Numbered from the stretch's first letter, positions 13,108-26,877 are shown. The stretch: DNA of 64,000 nt from Setoptus koraiensis (GCA_048013815.1 CM106586.1:9982001-10046000), one strand, 5' to 3'. The notes: a model not told the origin generated them from the letters alone. Numbers and translations are program-made.

Positions 13108-15958
13108 TAGAGGAGGTTCAATAATGATAATTTCGCCACAACTTACTTCACTAATTGGAGTAGCATATGCAGATAAAATACTGAGTTTGCCAAGGCTCCA
13201 TCTTAATGTACAGAATAATTATTCGGATCGCTGAGCTCTGTGAACAGTTAAGAATTGCATAGCTGAGTATAAAAATCATGGTCAAGCCAACGAAGCAAAA
13301 TAGTCGCACAGACCTCGCACACAAAATGATAGCGATCTTACGGTAATACTGATGAAGAAACAATGAACATCAAGTTTCAATGCTAGTATTAATTTAGCCA
13401 GTTGTTGCATAAAAGATGAAACTTGTTTCTATTATTACTATGCAACGCTCTCCACTACGGTTATTCAACAGGTGCGACTCGGTAAGAGTTTTGCCGAAAC
13501 AACGATACACTACTTAAGGTAAGTGGTGATCGACTGTTTCTAGCGAGATAGTAACAGCGATGAATTGGGTTAGTAGCGGTCAGTAAGTAGAACCAGACCC
13601 ATTTTATCTTTCATTTTCAAGGTGCGCATAAACTTGAGTTGCAAAAATCAAGATTTAATATGTACCTATGGACAACATTGTGATCCCATTTCAATTTTGG
13701 CTATGGCGGCTGAAGGCAGCCGTGTCTTCAGATGAGGTGATAAAATAGTAACTATACAATAGTAGCAAGAACAACAACAACAGCATCAACGATAATAATA
13801 ATAATGGTAGCCTAACTGGGCATTACTGACAGATACACAGTTTTTACTAGTTGAATAAGATGCAGTGACTGGACTCAGTAGGAGAACAACATAAAAACCA
13901 CTAGTACAAAACTACTGCGAGAATCATCTAGGTCATCTCTCTTGCAATAATCTTATTGTTGCTCATGTTCACATTCATGCCTACCTTATAAAAACATCTG
14001 ATTCAAGTACATATAAACAATCTAAATAGCTAACACAAGCTGTCAATGACCAGCTAGCTTGCCAATGTCGGTCAGAGTGATGATGGATTAGAGACATGTT
14101 GAAACGAATGCAGAAAAAGAACACATGTGAATGTCGGTTGTCCTTGCAGATAGCACTGCCAGACCGAATGGTCAGATACAGCAGCATCAGCGACGTTAGG
14201 CAATTCATAGTCGGCGTGTTATTGCAGCATTAATCAAGATCAATGGTTAAGGTGGTGTTGACTACTATTTTATGATAATTTCTTATTTTCATGGATTGAA
14301 AAAATCTCAGTTATGCGCTTGCTTGTTCATCGGTATAACCAAGCGAACCCATTGCCGCGAATCACCCCATGAGCAGCCAATGGAGCATTTTATCGAAGAA
14401 AAATCAAACATTACTATTGAAAATTATGCCTCTCGAAAACGCACACAAATTGATCCTTGATTGGATCGAATTGATGGAATAGGATGGCGCCTGGCTATTT
14501 AGTGGTCGCATACCATGGTGAATTAAATTTCCCATCGTCTGAAGCAAATCTGGCCAGTATATTTACACACCGTGTACAAAGAGTTCCGTGGTCATGTCTA
14601 ACTATCCGCCAACTATCTGAGCAACATGGCGCTGTTCAATCTGAGGTAATTTGTTCCGAAAGACAAGGTCGTGATTTCACATGCTGGCTGGGGGATGTTG
14701 TGGATCTTTTATTGTGAGACAAGAATGTACGGAGATAAATATATAATATCGGTCAGTGTGCTTATATACCTAATATAAATCTACGCAACCTTCGCATCTA
14801 ACAAGGCTCAGCTTAAGTGCTTAAAACTGACCACACCATTGGGTTCTAATCAGACCGGTTTGTCTATTTTGGCTGACTGGCTAGATTCTCACTAAGTGGC
14901 AACGCTCTTTTGTAAATCTTGATTAATCGACGGCGATGTCTGCCAAATTGACCACATCATAGGCAATATAATTTATTCTGTTCTCGTTAATTGTTGCGCT
15001 AAAAGCAAATTGCTCCGAAAGACGATAGCAGTTGTGTCTGTTTCGAGAATTTGCTCAAATCAAGGCCAGTTACACCTCTTCATTTCTACACAAATTGATT
15101 TACATGTTGCATTGCCGAGTTTGGCCAAGGAATGATGCGATTCACGATGAAACTTGTTCCTTGTTGTCCCTGAAGTTGACTCATTGTCTCATTTCCTCGA
15201 AAAACTGACAAGTAACGTGACAACATGAGCTAACATGACGATTCTTTAGAGCGATCTTCTAGATTGCGACATTGTAATTGCAGTGAATTCTTTTATTTAT
15301 ATTCCGATTGAGTAGGTTCATGATTATATATTCGCCATACATGTATAAATGGTGGTAATTTATTTGTTTACATAACCACTGTTTATAAAACAAGTTGAGT
15401 GGCTCGCTGTTTTATATTATTTTTAAATAGTAACAATAATAGTGTATCCTGAAAAATTCAACTCTCAATTAAATCATCAAGAGACACCAGCGCACCATCA
15501 TACCTGATTGGTTTCTTATCATTGCATGCACGTCCAGCCATATTGATCACCGGACGTTACCTGGACAGCGGATATATTAACAGCTTCGCGTCATCCGAAC
15601 AAGATGACGAGATGCTGCCCTTAGATTGGATAAATCACGACAAGCAATCCGTTGATCAGTGTCGTGAGGTCAATCAAGTCTGTATTGTCCTGGTAGTCCG
15701 ATTCAATATAAAGTGTATTGACCATCGTATTGATAGTATTAGCATGAAGTATGTTCATCAATTAATAATGAATGCTATGAATACTGAGTAAATATAGATG
15801 TTTCTGTTGCATAATACTGTTACATAATGACATGATTGTAATAATAATGATTGGTAGTAACCCTATCCTCAAACAGTTGATCCTTAAATACACTTGATGA
15901 GATTTTTAAATTATCGCATATACGTATTAATTGCTAATAATAGCATAAGTGGTATACC

Positions 15959-18037
15959 CTATAGTGCCGCTTGCAATTTTGCAATTGCTTTCGACGATAA
16001 TTGTCGGCCACTGTTTGCCTTGTAAGTTGTTATTTGCTGGTTGGTTATCTTTGACGACGACGACGACGACGATCCGTCTGTGGCACCACAACCGTCACGA
16101 CCGCCATCAATGGCATCATTTGAGTCACCGTTGCTTTTATTGTTGTGGCAGCCGATAATTAGAGCAGAGGACTGACTCATGGGCAATGACGACGACGACG
16201 ACGAACAGGTTGCATTATGAACAGGTGAAATTATAACAGATGCATAGGTTGAGCAGCCGGTCAGTGTGGTTGGCATTTTAGTGGTATTATTGGTAATATT
16301 AGTTGCTGTTGTTGTTGTGTTGTTGTCCATCAACGATTGGCCGTCGTCATCATCATTACTACTAATATTATTAGTATTAACTAGGCTCTTATCAAAACAA
16401 TTACCTGTTTTACCTAATGCTAACAAATCGAGTTTATTTGTCGCTGTTTTATCACTACCTGTTATTGTTTTCGTTGAACTAGTCACATTATTATGTTCTA
16501 TTGATGATGTCTGCGAATGTAGATCTGGCGATGTGTTAATACCGCAATTACCATTGCCATTTGTGGCTGTTGCATTGGCATTTGTGTTTGCAGTTGTTGT
16601 ATTAGTAGAAGTAATGGTGGTGGTGGTGGTGGCAGCATTGGCTAGGCTAGTAGTGGCAGATGTTATGTAATTGGATAACAACACATAACCAGGCGACGAC
16701 GAATCGCCATCCGATGGTGAATGCCGATTATTAGCAGCATTGTTCTGTTGTTGTTGCTGATGTTGTTGTTGCTGATGTTGTTGTTGCTGTTCCACCTGGC
16801 CGCCATTGTTTGCCGGGCCCATCGACGACTGATGATTATGCTGATGAGATACATTAATTAAATTGGCACCGCTACTGCTACTGGTGATCATTTGATCACA
16901 ACTGTCCGCTGTTGTTGTGGATTGTGGTTTGTTTGTGGGTCTGATACCTTCGATCACGTGCTTCATGCCAGTCACCTGTTGCATCATAGACGCTGCATAA
17001 TCCTGTGTATGATGAGGCTGCTCAATGAGGTTGCCGCATGACGAGTTTTTTATCTGATAAGATACAGGCACATCCCGATGATGATTGTGATGATGTTGCT
17101 GTTGCTGATGATGCCTCATGAGTGGGCCACTGTGAAACTGTTGCTCATTTGGGGCCATATCATCCGATGTGTTGCTGTTGGCATAAATCAATTGGCCCAA
17201 CAACGACTGTTGTTGTTGTTGTTTGCCGTCGGCCGACAGCGTGCTGTCGGCTGCGGGAAGACACTGCAATTGTCGCGACTGTTGTTGTGACTGGATCTGA
17301 TTATGCAATCGATATTGGTTTGTTTGTTGTTCGTGCGTCGTAATAATTTGATTGCTATTATGCAATTGATGCTGCTGCTGCTGTTGCTGCTGAATATGAT
17401 GCGAGCTGCCGGTTATAATGCCCTGCATAGCTGTGTCAGTGTCGTCCAATGCCACCAACGTGGACACCAAGTCGGCATCCTCATCCTCAATGAGATCGTG
17501 ATGCTGCTGGTGCTGGTGCGATTGGTGGTGCGGCTGGTGAGCGTGCTGATGGTGGTGCGACTGGTCGTTGTGGTGATAGTTGCTGGGCTGATTAGGCTGC
17601 TGCTGGTGAAGGTGGTTGTGGTGATTGACAGCACAATTATGCATACTATTATTGTTTATTTGCCGGTGACGGTGACATTTGTTGTTGTTGTTGTTGCTGT
17701 TATGTAACAAATGTAGGTCGGTGTCTACGTGATGATGATGAGATTGAGCGTGTCTGTGTATCAAGGTAGAGGTTGAGTAGTCGTCGTTGGCGTCGGCCTC
17801 TTGAATGTCGCCAGTGGTTGCTTGCTCCATTGTTGACAACAGCTGGCTTGCTGGGTCGTGTGTGTTGGTTGCGCCACTTCCGGTCGGGCCGCCACTGGAC
17901 ACAGGTGAGCCTATGTAGCTTGAAATAATTTGCCCTGGCTGGTAATGATGCTGCTGCTGCTGATGGTGTCTGACGGCGTGAACGGCGGGGTCCAACATGG
18001 CGTCGTCTAGCGCCACTGAGTCGCTGCCAGCGTCACT

Positions 18038-18115
<78 letters not shown>

Positions 18116-21100
18116 GCTGTTGCTGCTGCTGCTGTTGGGGCATAATTGATTGAGCGCTTGCTGTTGGGGCGCCATGGCGGACGCACAAAATAACTGCAAT
18201 TGGTGGTGCTGATGATGAGTGTGACTAGATTGCTGATTGAGTAGCTGCTGCTGGTTGTGCTGCTGGTGTGAGTGTGATACGTCCAGGTGAATGTGATTGG
18301 TGGCAGAATGGTGATGATTGTGGTGCTGTGAGTGGTGCCGATGATGCTGATGATGGCCCGCCGCTGGATTGTGCTGCGACAGGTGATTGTGATGATGCTC
18401 CATCGACATGACACTTATGCCCGTCACCGGCCCGTGGCAAGTGTGACCGGCGTCGGGACTGGACGCGCCCCCGATCAAGCTCAACGGGGGCGCCGCCTTG
18501 ACGCCCAAACCGATGTCGTCGGCGTCGCTGGGCTCACCTGTCCTGTTGTTGCTGCTGTTGTTGATGTTGTTGTTGTTGTCGTCTGTTGCTGTCAGCTGCA
18601 GCACCCGCGGACCTGTTGCCATTTCCGTTTCCGTCTGGGGGCGCTGCTGTCTGAGGGTGGCACCAGTTTGGCCACCAGTATTCTGACAGTCCGATGACAT
18701 AATCGACATAACGCCACTGACAACTGGCGTTGCCTGACCGGACACTGGCGACACCGAGCTCAGGCCCACTCTGGCCAGTCTGTTTTGGGGGCCCGTGACG
18801 CCTGGCGGCGGCGCCAGCCCCAAGTGACCACCCTGGCCGCTCAGATGGGCCCCGAGAGAGGGCGCCACCACGGACAGCGGTTCGCCCATGCTCTGCTGCT
18901 CTTGCGGCTCCACCTGGTGGTGAAGGTGGTGATGACTAATGTGATGCTGTTGTTGTTGTTGTTGTTGTTGTTGCTGTTGCTGTTGTTGTTGGCCGAGGTA
19001 ATTAAGATGATGCTGATGATGATTGAGGCAGGTGGGATTATTTGGGTGCTGGTGCTGCTGTTGTGTGTTGTCCAACTGTCGATGGTGGTGCCTCGGCTGC
19101 TGCTGGTGCTGCTGGCGGGCATTGTCCATGGAGTTTGTGGCTAGTTCCGGCGCCGTTTGGCCGGTTAATCTAGGGGGCGACGACGACGACGAGGCATCTA
19201 TATTGCCGCTATGCTGCTGCTGCTGCTGCTGCTGCTGTATCATTACCACCGAGTCTATGGCGGCCTGGCCGGCGCCGCTGGCGGCGCTCATTTGGGGCGC
19301 GTTTGGGGTGAGCGGCGATTGTTGCAATTGTTGTATTTCGCCCTTGAGCTCGCCAATGATGTTTGTCAGGGCCGTTATGTAATTTTTGGCTGAACATGGG
19401 GGCGCCGTCGCGAGCGTTGCGGGCATTCGCAGCGGCGTGTGTGCGTTAGATTGTTGGTCCGAGCGGACGCATTGTTGTTGCGTTGTTGTTGCGTCGGCGG
19501 CGCGTTGATGTTGCGTCAGCGTTGTCCAGTTGCCCGGCGATTATCATATGATTAGCATAATGGCAAATGATGGTTGATGAACCGACGGCGTCGTTGCGCA
19601 ATCAGAGCGCCCCGTCGTAGGTGGCCCGCGATGGTGGCGAACAGACACAAAGCGAGAGAGAGAGAGAGAGAGAGATGAAAGATTAATGGTTGTGCCCAAA
19701 TACCGGCTAATGAATCATTAGTAATGGTGTGACGCCGTTCAGCTGTCGAGCTGGCCGACAATGAATACGAGCGCAGTGTGCCGCTCGCACGGGATACGTG
19801 CGCGGCCGCGGTCTGGACGACGGGCCCGGCAAGCGACGGGCCGGCGCAATTTGCGGGGCCCCCGTTCGGCCAAACAAAGATTTTAAACGAGATGTTGGAC
19901 TCACCTAGTGTCAGCGTCTCTATTTTGGACAGCTTGCGCTCCATGCTGATGTGCGGTATGACCTCTCTGAGGGCCTGGAAGGCGTCGTTGAGGCTGTGCA
20001 TTCGCATGCGTTCGCGCTCGTTGCTCTCAAGTCGGCGCAAATTGCGCTCCCGCGAACTCAGAGACGACTTTTTGCGCCGCAACAGGGCGGCCCCCTTGCA
20101 CGCGCCGGGCGAATCGGGACCCGCGCCACTGGCTAGCTCATGCTGGTTGTGGACGCCGCAGCTAGTGTTGTTTGCGCTGCGGCTGCTCTCGTTGCCGGCC
20201 TCATTTTCGCCGTCCGTGTCCGTGACGAAACTTCCGGTTGCAGCGGTGCTCAACAACTGTTGCTGCTGACCGCTGCTGTTGGCCGCTTGATGATGATGCT
20301 GCTGCTGCTGTTGCGATGGGGACAATTGCATCAGGTGGGCGCAGTGCGCCGACATGTCCGCCAGTTGCTGTGTGTGGTCGGCGCACTGGGGCGACTGCGG
20401 GCCGGCGGCCCGAACGAGCTCGCCCAAGAACGGGCCGGCGTGCATCAGCGGCTGCTTGCCTGCCGCCTCTTGGTGGCCGGTGGTGTGCTGACCGCTGTTC
20501 ATCAATGATTGTGGGGCGCCCAGGCGGGCAGCGCACAGGCGCGCGTCGTCCGCGCCCGCCGCCGCCGCCCCTCTAAACTGGTGCGCTTGTTGACAGTGTT
20601 CGATGTTGTCCGCGGACAGGGCGTAATGCACGTTGTTGTCGCCGCTGGTCGGTTCGGCCGGCCCGACGCGCTGGTTGAACTGGGGCTCGTCCACGTCCAT
20701 TGCCGTGTCGAGCATCGCCGTTACAGGTTGTTGGTTGGCGTGGGCGTGGGCGGCTTGTTGGGACTGGCAATTGGCGTGCAGCCGGGCCCTGTTGGAGCGG
20801 CGCGTGCTGACCCGATCGAGTCGCTTGCCGGACCTGCCGCCCGCGTTGTGCTGCGCTTGTTGTTGCGGTTGATCCTCGGGGTCGCGCTTGCCGTCCCGCC
20901 GCTCGTCCCGCTGCTCGTACCCGGCGTACCCCATGAACTGGTTCATGCCGGTGTCGATGTCGCTGTCGTTGTTGTCGGCGGTGTCGTTGTCGCCGTTGTG
21001 CTGCTGTCCACTTGTTCGCCTGATTATGCTCGTGGCACGGGCCTGCTGTGCGTACCTGCTGGCCGAAACCGATGCGAGCGCGTCGTTGTCATCACTGGCC

Positions 21101-21147
21101 GCGTTGCACCTATCGGCGGGCTCGCCAATTAACCGATTGTTTGTTTC

Positions 21148-21189
<42 letters not shown>

Positions 21190-24100
21190 GTGTTGCTGTT
21201 GGTGTTGCTGTTGGTGTGGCTGTTGCTGTTGTGCTTGCGCAACATTGATACTGTTTGTGGTTGCGTCATTGCGGTCGCCGGCCACTTGACCAGCGCGCTG
21301 TCGCTTGCCGCTTGCCAAGGCGGCCGCTGCGGGCGCCGTTGCGCTGGACGGCGCCAGCGCTCTAGCGGCGAGCGGTTGTACGGCGCCGCTGGCGCTAGTT
21401 AACTGTCGCTGGGCCCGTCGCGTCGATCTGGTCACTATTGAATGGCTGTTGGCCAGCGTCGTGTGCTGCTTGTGGCCACTTCCGTTCCGGCCCGCGTGCT
21501 GCTGCGGCTGCGGTGGCTGCTGCGGCGCCCGCTCTTGTGTAACAATGACCATTTCCGCCTCTTTCAATTTGCCGGGTAATTGTTGTTGTTGTTGTTGCTC
21601 GTATACACTCATTGTTGTTTGCTCGTGCCCGTGCCCTTGCTCAGGCTCGCGCGATATCATGTGTTGATTGGCGTTTGTTGATTTTGTTGGTATTATGATC
21701 AAGTTGATAACGTTGCCCCGCTGTCTGTGATCTTTGTCTAGCTTGGTTTGTGTGGCGAGAGGCCCCAAATTGGGGCCCGCGTCGCTTGTTGTTGTTGCTG
21801 TTGTTGTTGCTGTTGTTGCTGTTTGTAATCTGTCTTGTTGTGCCGCTATAACTGGTGAGTGGTCGTTGTTTGTCTGCTTATTACTCTCATGCGAGCTCAT
21901 AAGTGAATTATTGGCTGAATCACTTTCATCGCCGCTATTCACTGTTGTTTGCTGTTGTTTGTTGTTTCGGCCGCCAGAGTGCCCGTTGTTGTAGTCATTG
22001 TAATCATTATAATCATCATTGTAATCATCGTTGTAATCAAGCCGCTCGTTGTAATCATTATAGCGCGCTGTGTGGTGATAGTCGTGATCACAGTTGCTCA
22101 CATTGGTGTGTCGCTCGCTGTTGTTGTTGCTGTTGTTGTTGCTGTTGTTGTTGTTGTGACCAACCTGCTCTTGCCTATCGCTAGTGTGGCTTTCTTTCTC
22201 GTATGATGCACTTATTGTTGTATTTATTGTTGCACAACAAGATGATGATGATGATGTAATTATTATTTGCTCACTCGCCGGTGCCCGCCGAGTTGTAATT
22301 GTATCGTCGCTAGCAACAAGCGCACGCAAATGAATGTGATCAGCGTCGGGGCCCGGCGCCGAATTAACGTAAGTGGTCGCCGCTAGTGGCCCCACTGGCA
22401 GCTTCACTTCCTCCAGGATATTATGGTAATTTCTATTCTTGAGCGCTCTCGTTTTGGCCGGGCCAACTTTTTGTTGATCTTGCCCGCTTGGGTCTGTTTG
22501 CCTGGCCTCGTTACCTGTCTTGGCTCTCGCGGCTCTCTCGGCTCCTTTGCTTCTCTCGGCTCTCTGGCCTCTTTCGCTTCTCTCGGCTCGCTCGCTTGTC
22601 TCGCCTCTCGTGATTGTGATTATGTGTGTATCGCTGGGGTCGCTGGGGTCGCTGGGGCCGCTATTGTGCGCCGGGCGCCCTCTCTGTCGGAGCTTCTTCG
22701 AGGCCGGCGAGCCCGCCGAGGCCAGTCTGAGCGCGCGTCTGGTGAGTGGCTTGCAGTGCGGCTGCAGTGGGTGCGATTGGTGCAGTCGGTCAGTCTGTCT
22801 CATAAGTAAATTGTTGTGCTGTCTCAATTGCTCGCTTCTCATTCGCGCTGCCGGCCCCAAAAGTCGTCGTTGTGTGAGCCGCTTTTTTTCACTTGATTCA
22901 TCGTCGTCATTTACATACTCGGCGCACCGCTCGTCGGGCTCGCTGGCCGCGTTTGTCACTGTCGCTGTCTCTGTCTCTGTTTTTGTCTCTGCTGCTGTCT
23001 CTGTCTCGGTTGTTGCTGTTGTCACTGTCGTCGTCGTTGTGTCGGTTGTTGCTGTTGTTGTCACTGTCGCTGTTGTTGTCGCTGTGTGCGGCCGCTGTCG
23101 CAAATTAGAGCGGCGCAATTTCGTCGCAACTGGCCCCTCGGCCGGCGTATCTGTGGCCGCTGTACCTGTGGCCGCGCTGTCCAGGTGAGCGGGCGCCGTT
23201 CGCAATTGTTCTGGTCGCTCTAATGAAATGCGCCCGCTCTGCAACGGTTGTCGTGGGCACTGGCCTAATGAGTGAGCGTCGTTGTCGTGCCAAGTTGGCG
23301 AGATTAATGCGCCGGGCCGCTCGCGGCCCCAATGCCGGTCGCCGGCTGCATCTTGCCGCTGTTGCTGTTGCTGCTGTTGCTGCTGTCGCTGCTGTTGCTG
23401 CTGTCGCTGCTGCGACGGCGGGCCGGCCGGACCGGACAGGCGGGCTCGTTTGCGGGGGCTGCTGGCGGCGAGCGGCGCTCTGTCAGCTATTAATTGTTTC
23501 GCTTTTTGTGGCGCTGCTGTCGCGCTGATCGTTTTAATTGTGCTCGCTGCCAATGCAACCGCGAGCGATTCTTCTGGCGATCGTCGGGCACTGGCTACTT
23601 GTTGTCGCTCACTGGCTGTTTGGCTAACCGCAGCTTCGTTTATCCGCCACCTACCAGCATGCCGGCGACAATTGCGATTTTGCGTCTGTTGGTTGGTGTG
23701 TGTGCGGGACGCGTCGGGCCCGTCAGCCGCCCGCTCGTTCGCTGGTCGGTCGGCCGCTTGTCGCTCTGACGATTCGTTCTGATCCGACGATTCGTTCTGA
23801 TCTGACGATTCGAATCGGCGCCCGTGTTGGCGGGATGCTGGCTGACTTTGCACTGCTCGTCGGCGCTCGTCGGGCCCGCGGATGTCCGACTGCACGGCAA
23901 ACAAACGGCGCTTCGACGATTTGTATTTAAACAGCGTTGTCTCGATGATGCTGGTCGGCGGCTGCTGGTGCGATGCTGGCTGCTCGTGCACTGAGCTTGT
24001 CGCCGAACAATCGTTGCTGTTGTTGCCGCTGTTGTTGTTGCTGTTGCCGCTGTTGTTGCTGCTGTTGTTGCTGTTGCCGCTGTTGTTGCTGTCGTTGTTG

Positions 24101-24228
24101 TTGCTGCTGTGGTTGCTGCTGTCGGTGTCGTTGTTGCTGGCACGCTCACTTTGTTGCACTGACGCTGTTTGCGGTGGTTGCAGTTGCAGTTGGCGTCGCT
24201 GTTGCTGTTGTGCCACTGCCGCTACCAT
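15959..24228 (-). CDS. dimm: dimmed/Mist1 (BHLHA15)-type bHLH transcription factor, ~2,584 aa. Exons 24228-19905 and 19389-15959, intron 19904-19390
   Basis: Exon 1 ends [50 protein letters not shown]|GTGAGT. Exon 2 starts ttcag|CC AAA AAT TAC, restoring [12 protein letters not shown] (helix 2) in frame, nearly identical to the recalled Drosophila Dimm bHLH. First in-frame ATG is at 24228 (the ORF track starts at a GTG, 24273; upstream in-frame TAG at 24306-24304). The bHLH and splice are high confidence; the full extent of the low-complexity flanks as translated sequence is less certain. Confidence 0.85.
18038..18115 (-). repeat. Coding (AAC)25AAT tract encoding Asn26 in dimm exon 2
   Basis: The plus-strand (TTG)26 run at 18039-18116 is read in the dimm frame as 26 consecutive Asn. 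Confidence 0.92.
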
Positions 24229-24351
24229 TGTGCCGTCATCATTATCTCGCCTTGTAACTCGCTTTTGCGCCACTAGGGCCGCTCTATTTTTGTGTGTCAG
24301 TCTCTATGTAGCGGCGGCGCTGGCCCAGTTGCCAGTGGTGAGTTTACAAAG

Positions 24352-24358
24352 TTTATAG
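24352..24358 (-). promoter_or_regulatory. Possible TATA box (CTATAAA) ~125 nt upstream of the dimm ATG
   Basis: Plus-strand tttatag reads CTATAAA on the minus strand. No clear Inr was found at the expected distance, so support is weak. Confidence 0.25.
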
Positions 24359-24638
24359 GCCAGGCGGCGCAACAACAACAACAGCGGGGCTAGTAGCGCG
24401 CCGGGGGCGCCCGCCGACAGCACACTATAGGTTTGCTACATGCACCGCGGCGGCCCACACAGTCTCAGTGACACTCGCCAACTGTTTCGCCGGTGTGTGT
24501 GTGAACTATTAATAATTGGCTGCCGATCGGCCCGCAAATGCGCGCACCGGCCCGCAAATGCGCAAATACGCGCGCCGGCCCGCACTCAGTCTGCTGCAGT
24601 GAGCGGCAGCTCGGCGAAGTGGCCTCGCGACGCGAAAC

Positions 24639-24811
24639 GGGGGCCGCTCGGGCACAAATGGGCGCTGCGGGGGCCGTCGGGCGCAGGTGAGCGCTGGGGG
24701 GCCGGCCGCTCGGGCACAAATGGGCGATGGGGGGCCGACCGTCGGGCACAAATGGGCGATGGGGGGCGTCGGGCGGAAATGGGCGCTGCGGGGGCCGTCG
24801 GGCCGGTCGGG
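24639..24811 (+). repeat. G-rich degenerate minisatellite (~30-bp unit, about 5 copies) matching the canonical G-quadruplex pattern
   Basis: Repeated gggcacaaatgggcg(a/c)tg(g/c)gggggcc units; G5-N6-G3-N7-G3-N6-G5 at 24639-24673. Confidence 0.8.
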
Positions 24812-26877
24812 CAATGAGGAAGTAGAGTATTGTTGTTAGTTGTCGAGTGTTGTGTTTGGGCGTCTTGCGGTGCTTGGGCTGTGTGCTGGGCGTGTTGCTG
24901 GGTTTGGGCGTGTGGCGGCGCCAAGGCCAACTCACTGGCACAATGGCTCAGAACGGACGTAGCTGGTGAACGGAGTAACGGTATTGGCACGGGCCGTTTA
25001 CGCAAGGCCGCGCTGACACTGCAAACGCTGGCGACACACTGGCGGCCGGCAGAGGAATTGCAAGTGTCAGGTCGACGCAGGCGTCGCTAGGCCAATCGAT
25101 TATTTGGCGCTGTTTGGCGGTCATGCGCCTAGGGGCAGTTATCGGTATTATTGGTGCTGTTGGCAGCGCTGCTGATGCTGCCGTTATTGGCGCTATTATT
25201 GCTGCTATTATTAGTGCACTGTCGCGCTGCAATTGCACCGGCCGCTGGCGGCGCGCGACAAGCGGTCAGTCTCAAGTCGGGCAACTCTAGCGGCCGGCCC
25301 GCCAACTATCGACGGTCAATAATTGTTGCGCTCGGCACACCTTGCCGCGCGGTCACTGCAGCCGCACCGGCCGTGAATCGGGCCGCGCCGGCCGTGGATC
25401 GGGCCGCGCCGGCAGCATATCGGTGGCCGGCGGCAGTTGACATGTGCATACGCGACGCGTAATTAGAGCGCCGCGGCCGGAGCGGCGGTCGTTTGCGGCG
25501 CTAATTGAGGCCCGCAGTGCGACCGTGAGCTCTGATTCGTCGGGCTGATTATAATGGCGCTGCGATCGCGATTGGGTCACGTTCGCGCCCGACAGCGGCC
25601 CCCACAATCCCGAGCAGACTCGATCACGAGGTGACCGGGCACCGTGTGACCGAGGAGCCCAACGGATTGTTGTTGCTCGCTCAGCTGATGAGTTGTGAGA
25701 TTTGGTGGCCGCGGCCGGCGCAGTTGCGTAACGGGACTCACAAACAGTTGTCAGTTAGACATAACAAACGGATGACCGACGTACGACGCGTTACATAACC
25801 GATTGCGGGCGCCGATTGTATGGCGGCTACACATTGTGTGCAGCACACAGATTGACAGGCTCGCCAGAGGTAATTATCGCCATTTGACAGCCGGCTGGCA
25901 ATTGTCAATTGGCGCCCGGCCGGCCACTCGCGACAGCTGACGGGCAACACGGTGACAGCGGCCGTGCAAGTGTGACAAGTGTCGACGCGCTGTGCGGCCG
26001 GGCTCGGCCGTGGCACTTGTTTGCCACGGTCAGCCCGTCGCCTGTCAGCACGGGTGCTGTTTGCGGCGCGGCCGGCCCGCGACACGCCCTCGTCATTCAA
26101 GCAACACCCGCAGTGTATCGAGGCCGTTGTTGCCAGATAAAACGAGCTGCGAGCTGGAACACGTCAGCACGTGAGCCAGCGAGCAACGTCAAATGTCAAG
26201 CGTGGTCGGCGTTGTTGCCGCCGGCAGCAGCAGCAACCACAGCAACAACGACAACGGCAGCAACAACAACAACCACAACAACAGCAGCATCGACAACGGC
26301 AGCAGCAACAACGACGACGACGACCGCCGATCCGATGGTGGCTCGCACACGCAGCTGACAGCGAGTCGAAACGGATAATTGTTGGCCGACTGTTTGGCAT
26401 TGTGTCACTTTAATGACTGATTCGCATGCCTCGCTATTTATAGAGATGTCGCACAGCGATGACTTTTCAGCTCGTTTTATCGCTCTGTTTGTGTGTACAA
26501 CAGTGTGTTTCCTGACGCGCCACGACGCCAAATTGAGCGCAACGAGTCACGCGGCGCACTTTCCGGCCCGTCCCGTTCGAGAGCGCTCCGGCGCGGACTC
26601 GGGAGCGCTCCGGCGACCGAAAGCAACAGATCAACCTGCGGATAGCGGCGAGCGAGCGGCCAATAACTGGATGGGCATCTGTTGGACCTATTAGCAGTTA
26701 GCGGCGGCTGCAGTCGGCGTTAACTGTATCAAACCGCCGGCGCGCGATGCTGGCTGTTTGATACTCTTGTGGAGCTTTCGAGACTGCATTTGATACTTTT
26801 CTCGAGCGTTCGAGGCTGCGTTTGACACTGGCGAATCGGTAGCATTTAGCGCCGGCGACTATCGTATATTGATACCA

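Noticed and set aside
19390-19426. Separate 1,155-aa gene starting [12 protein letters not shown]
   Set aside because: These codons are the intron 3' end (…ttcag); the ORF is exon 2 of dimm and begins with helix 2 of the HLH.
19545-19550. CATATG E-box (Dimm/Mist1 site) in the dimm intron suggesting autoregulation
   Set aside because: A single hexamer; the motif is not enriched in the window, so it cannot be distinguished from chance.
19552-19904. C-terminal 117 codons of the 1,573-aa ORF (GESNISFK...) as protein
   Set aside because: They lie after a GTGAGT donor that splits the bHLH at a position completed by the next exon; this is intron that happens to stay open.
16266-24358. Numerous plus-strand and alternate-frame ORFs rich in Cys/Val/Leu over the dimm gene
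   Set aside because: Shadows of CAA/CAG/AAC repeats on the opposite strand or in other frames, with no independent motifs.
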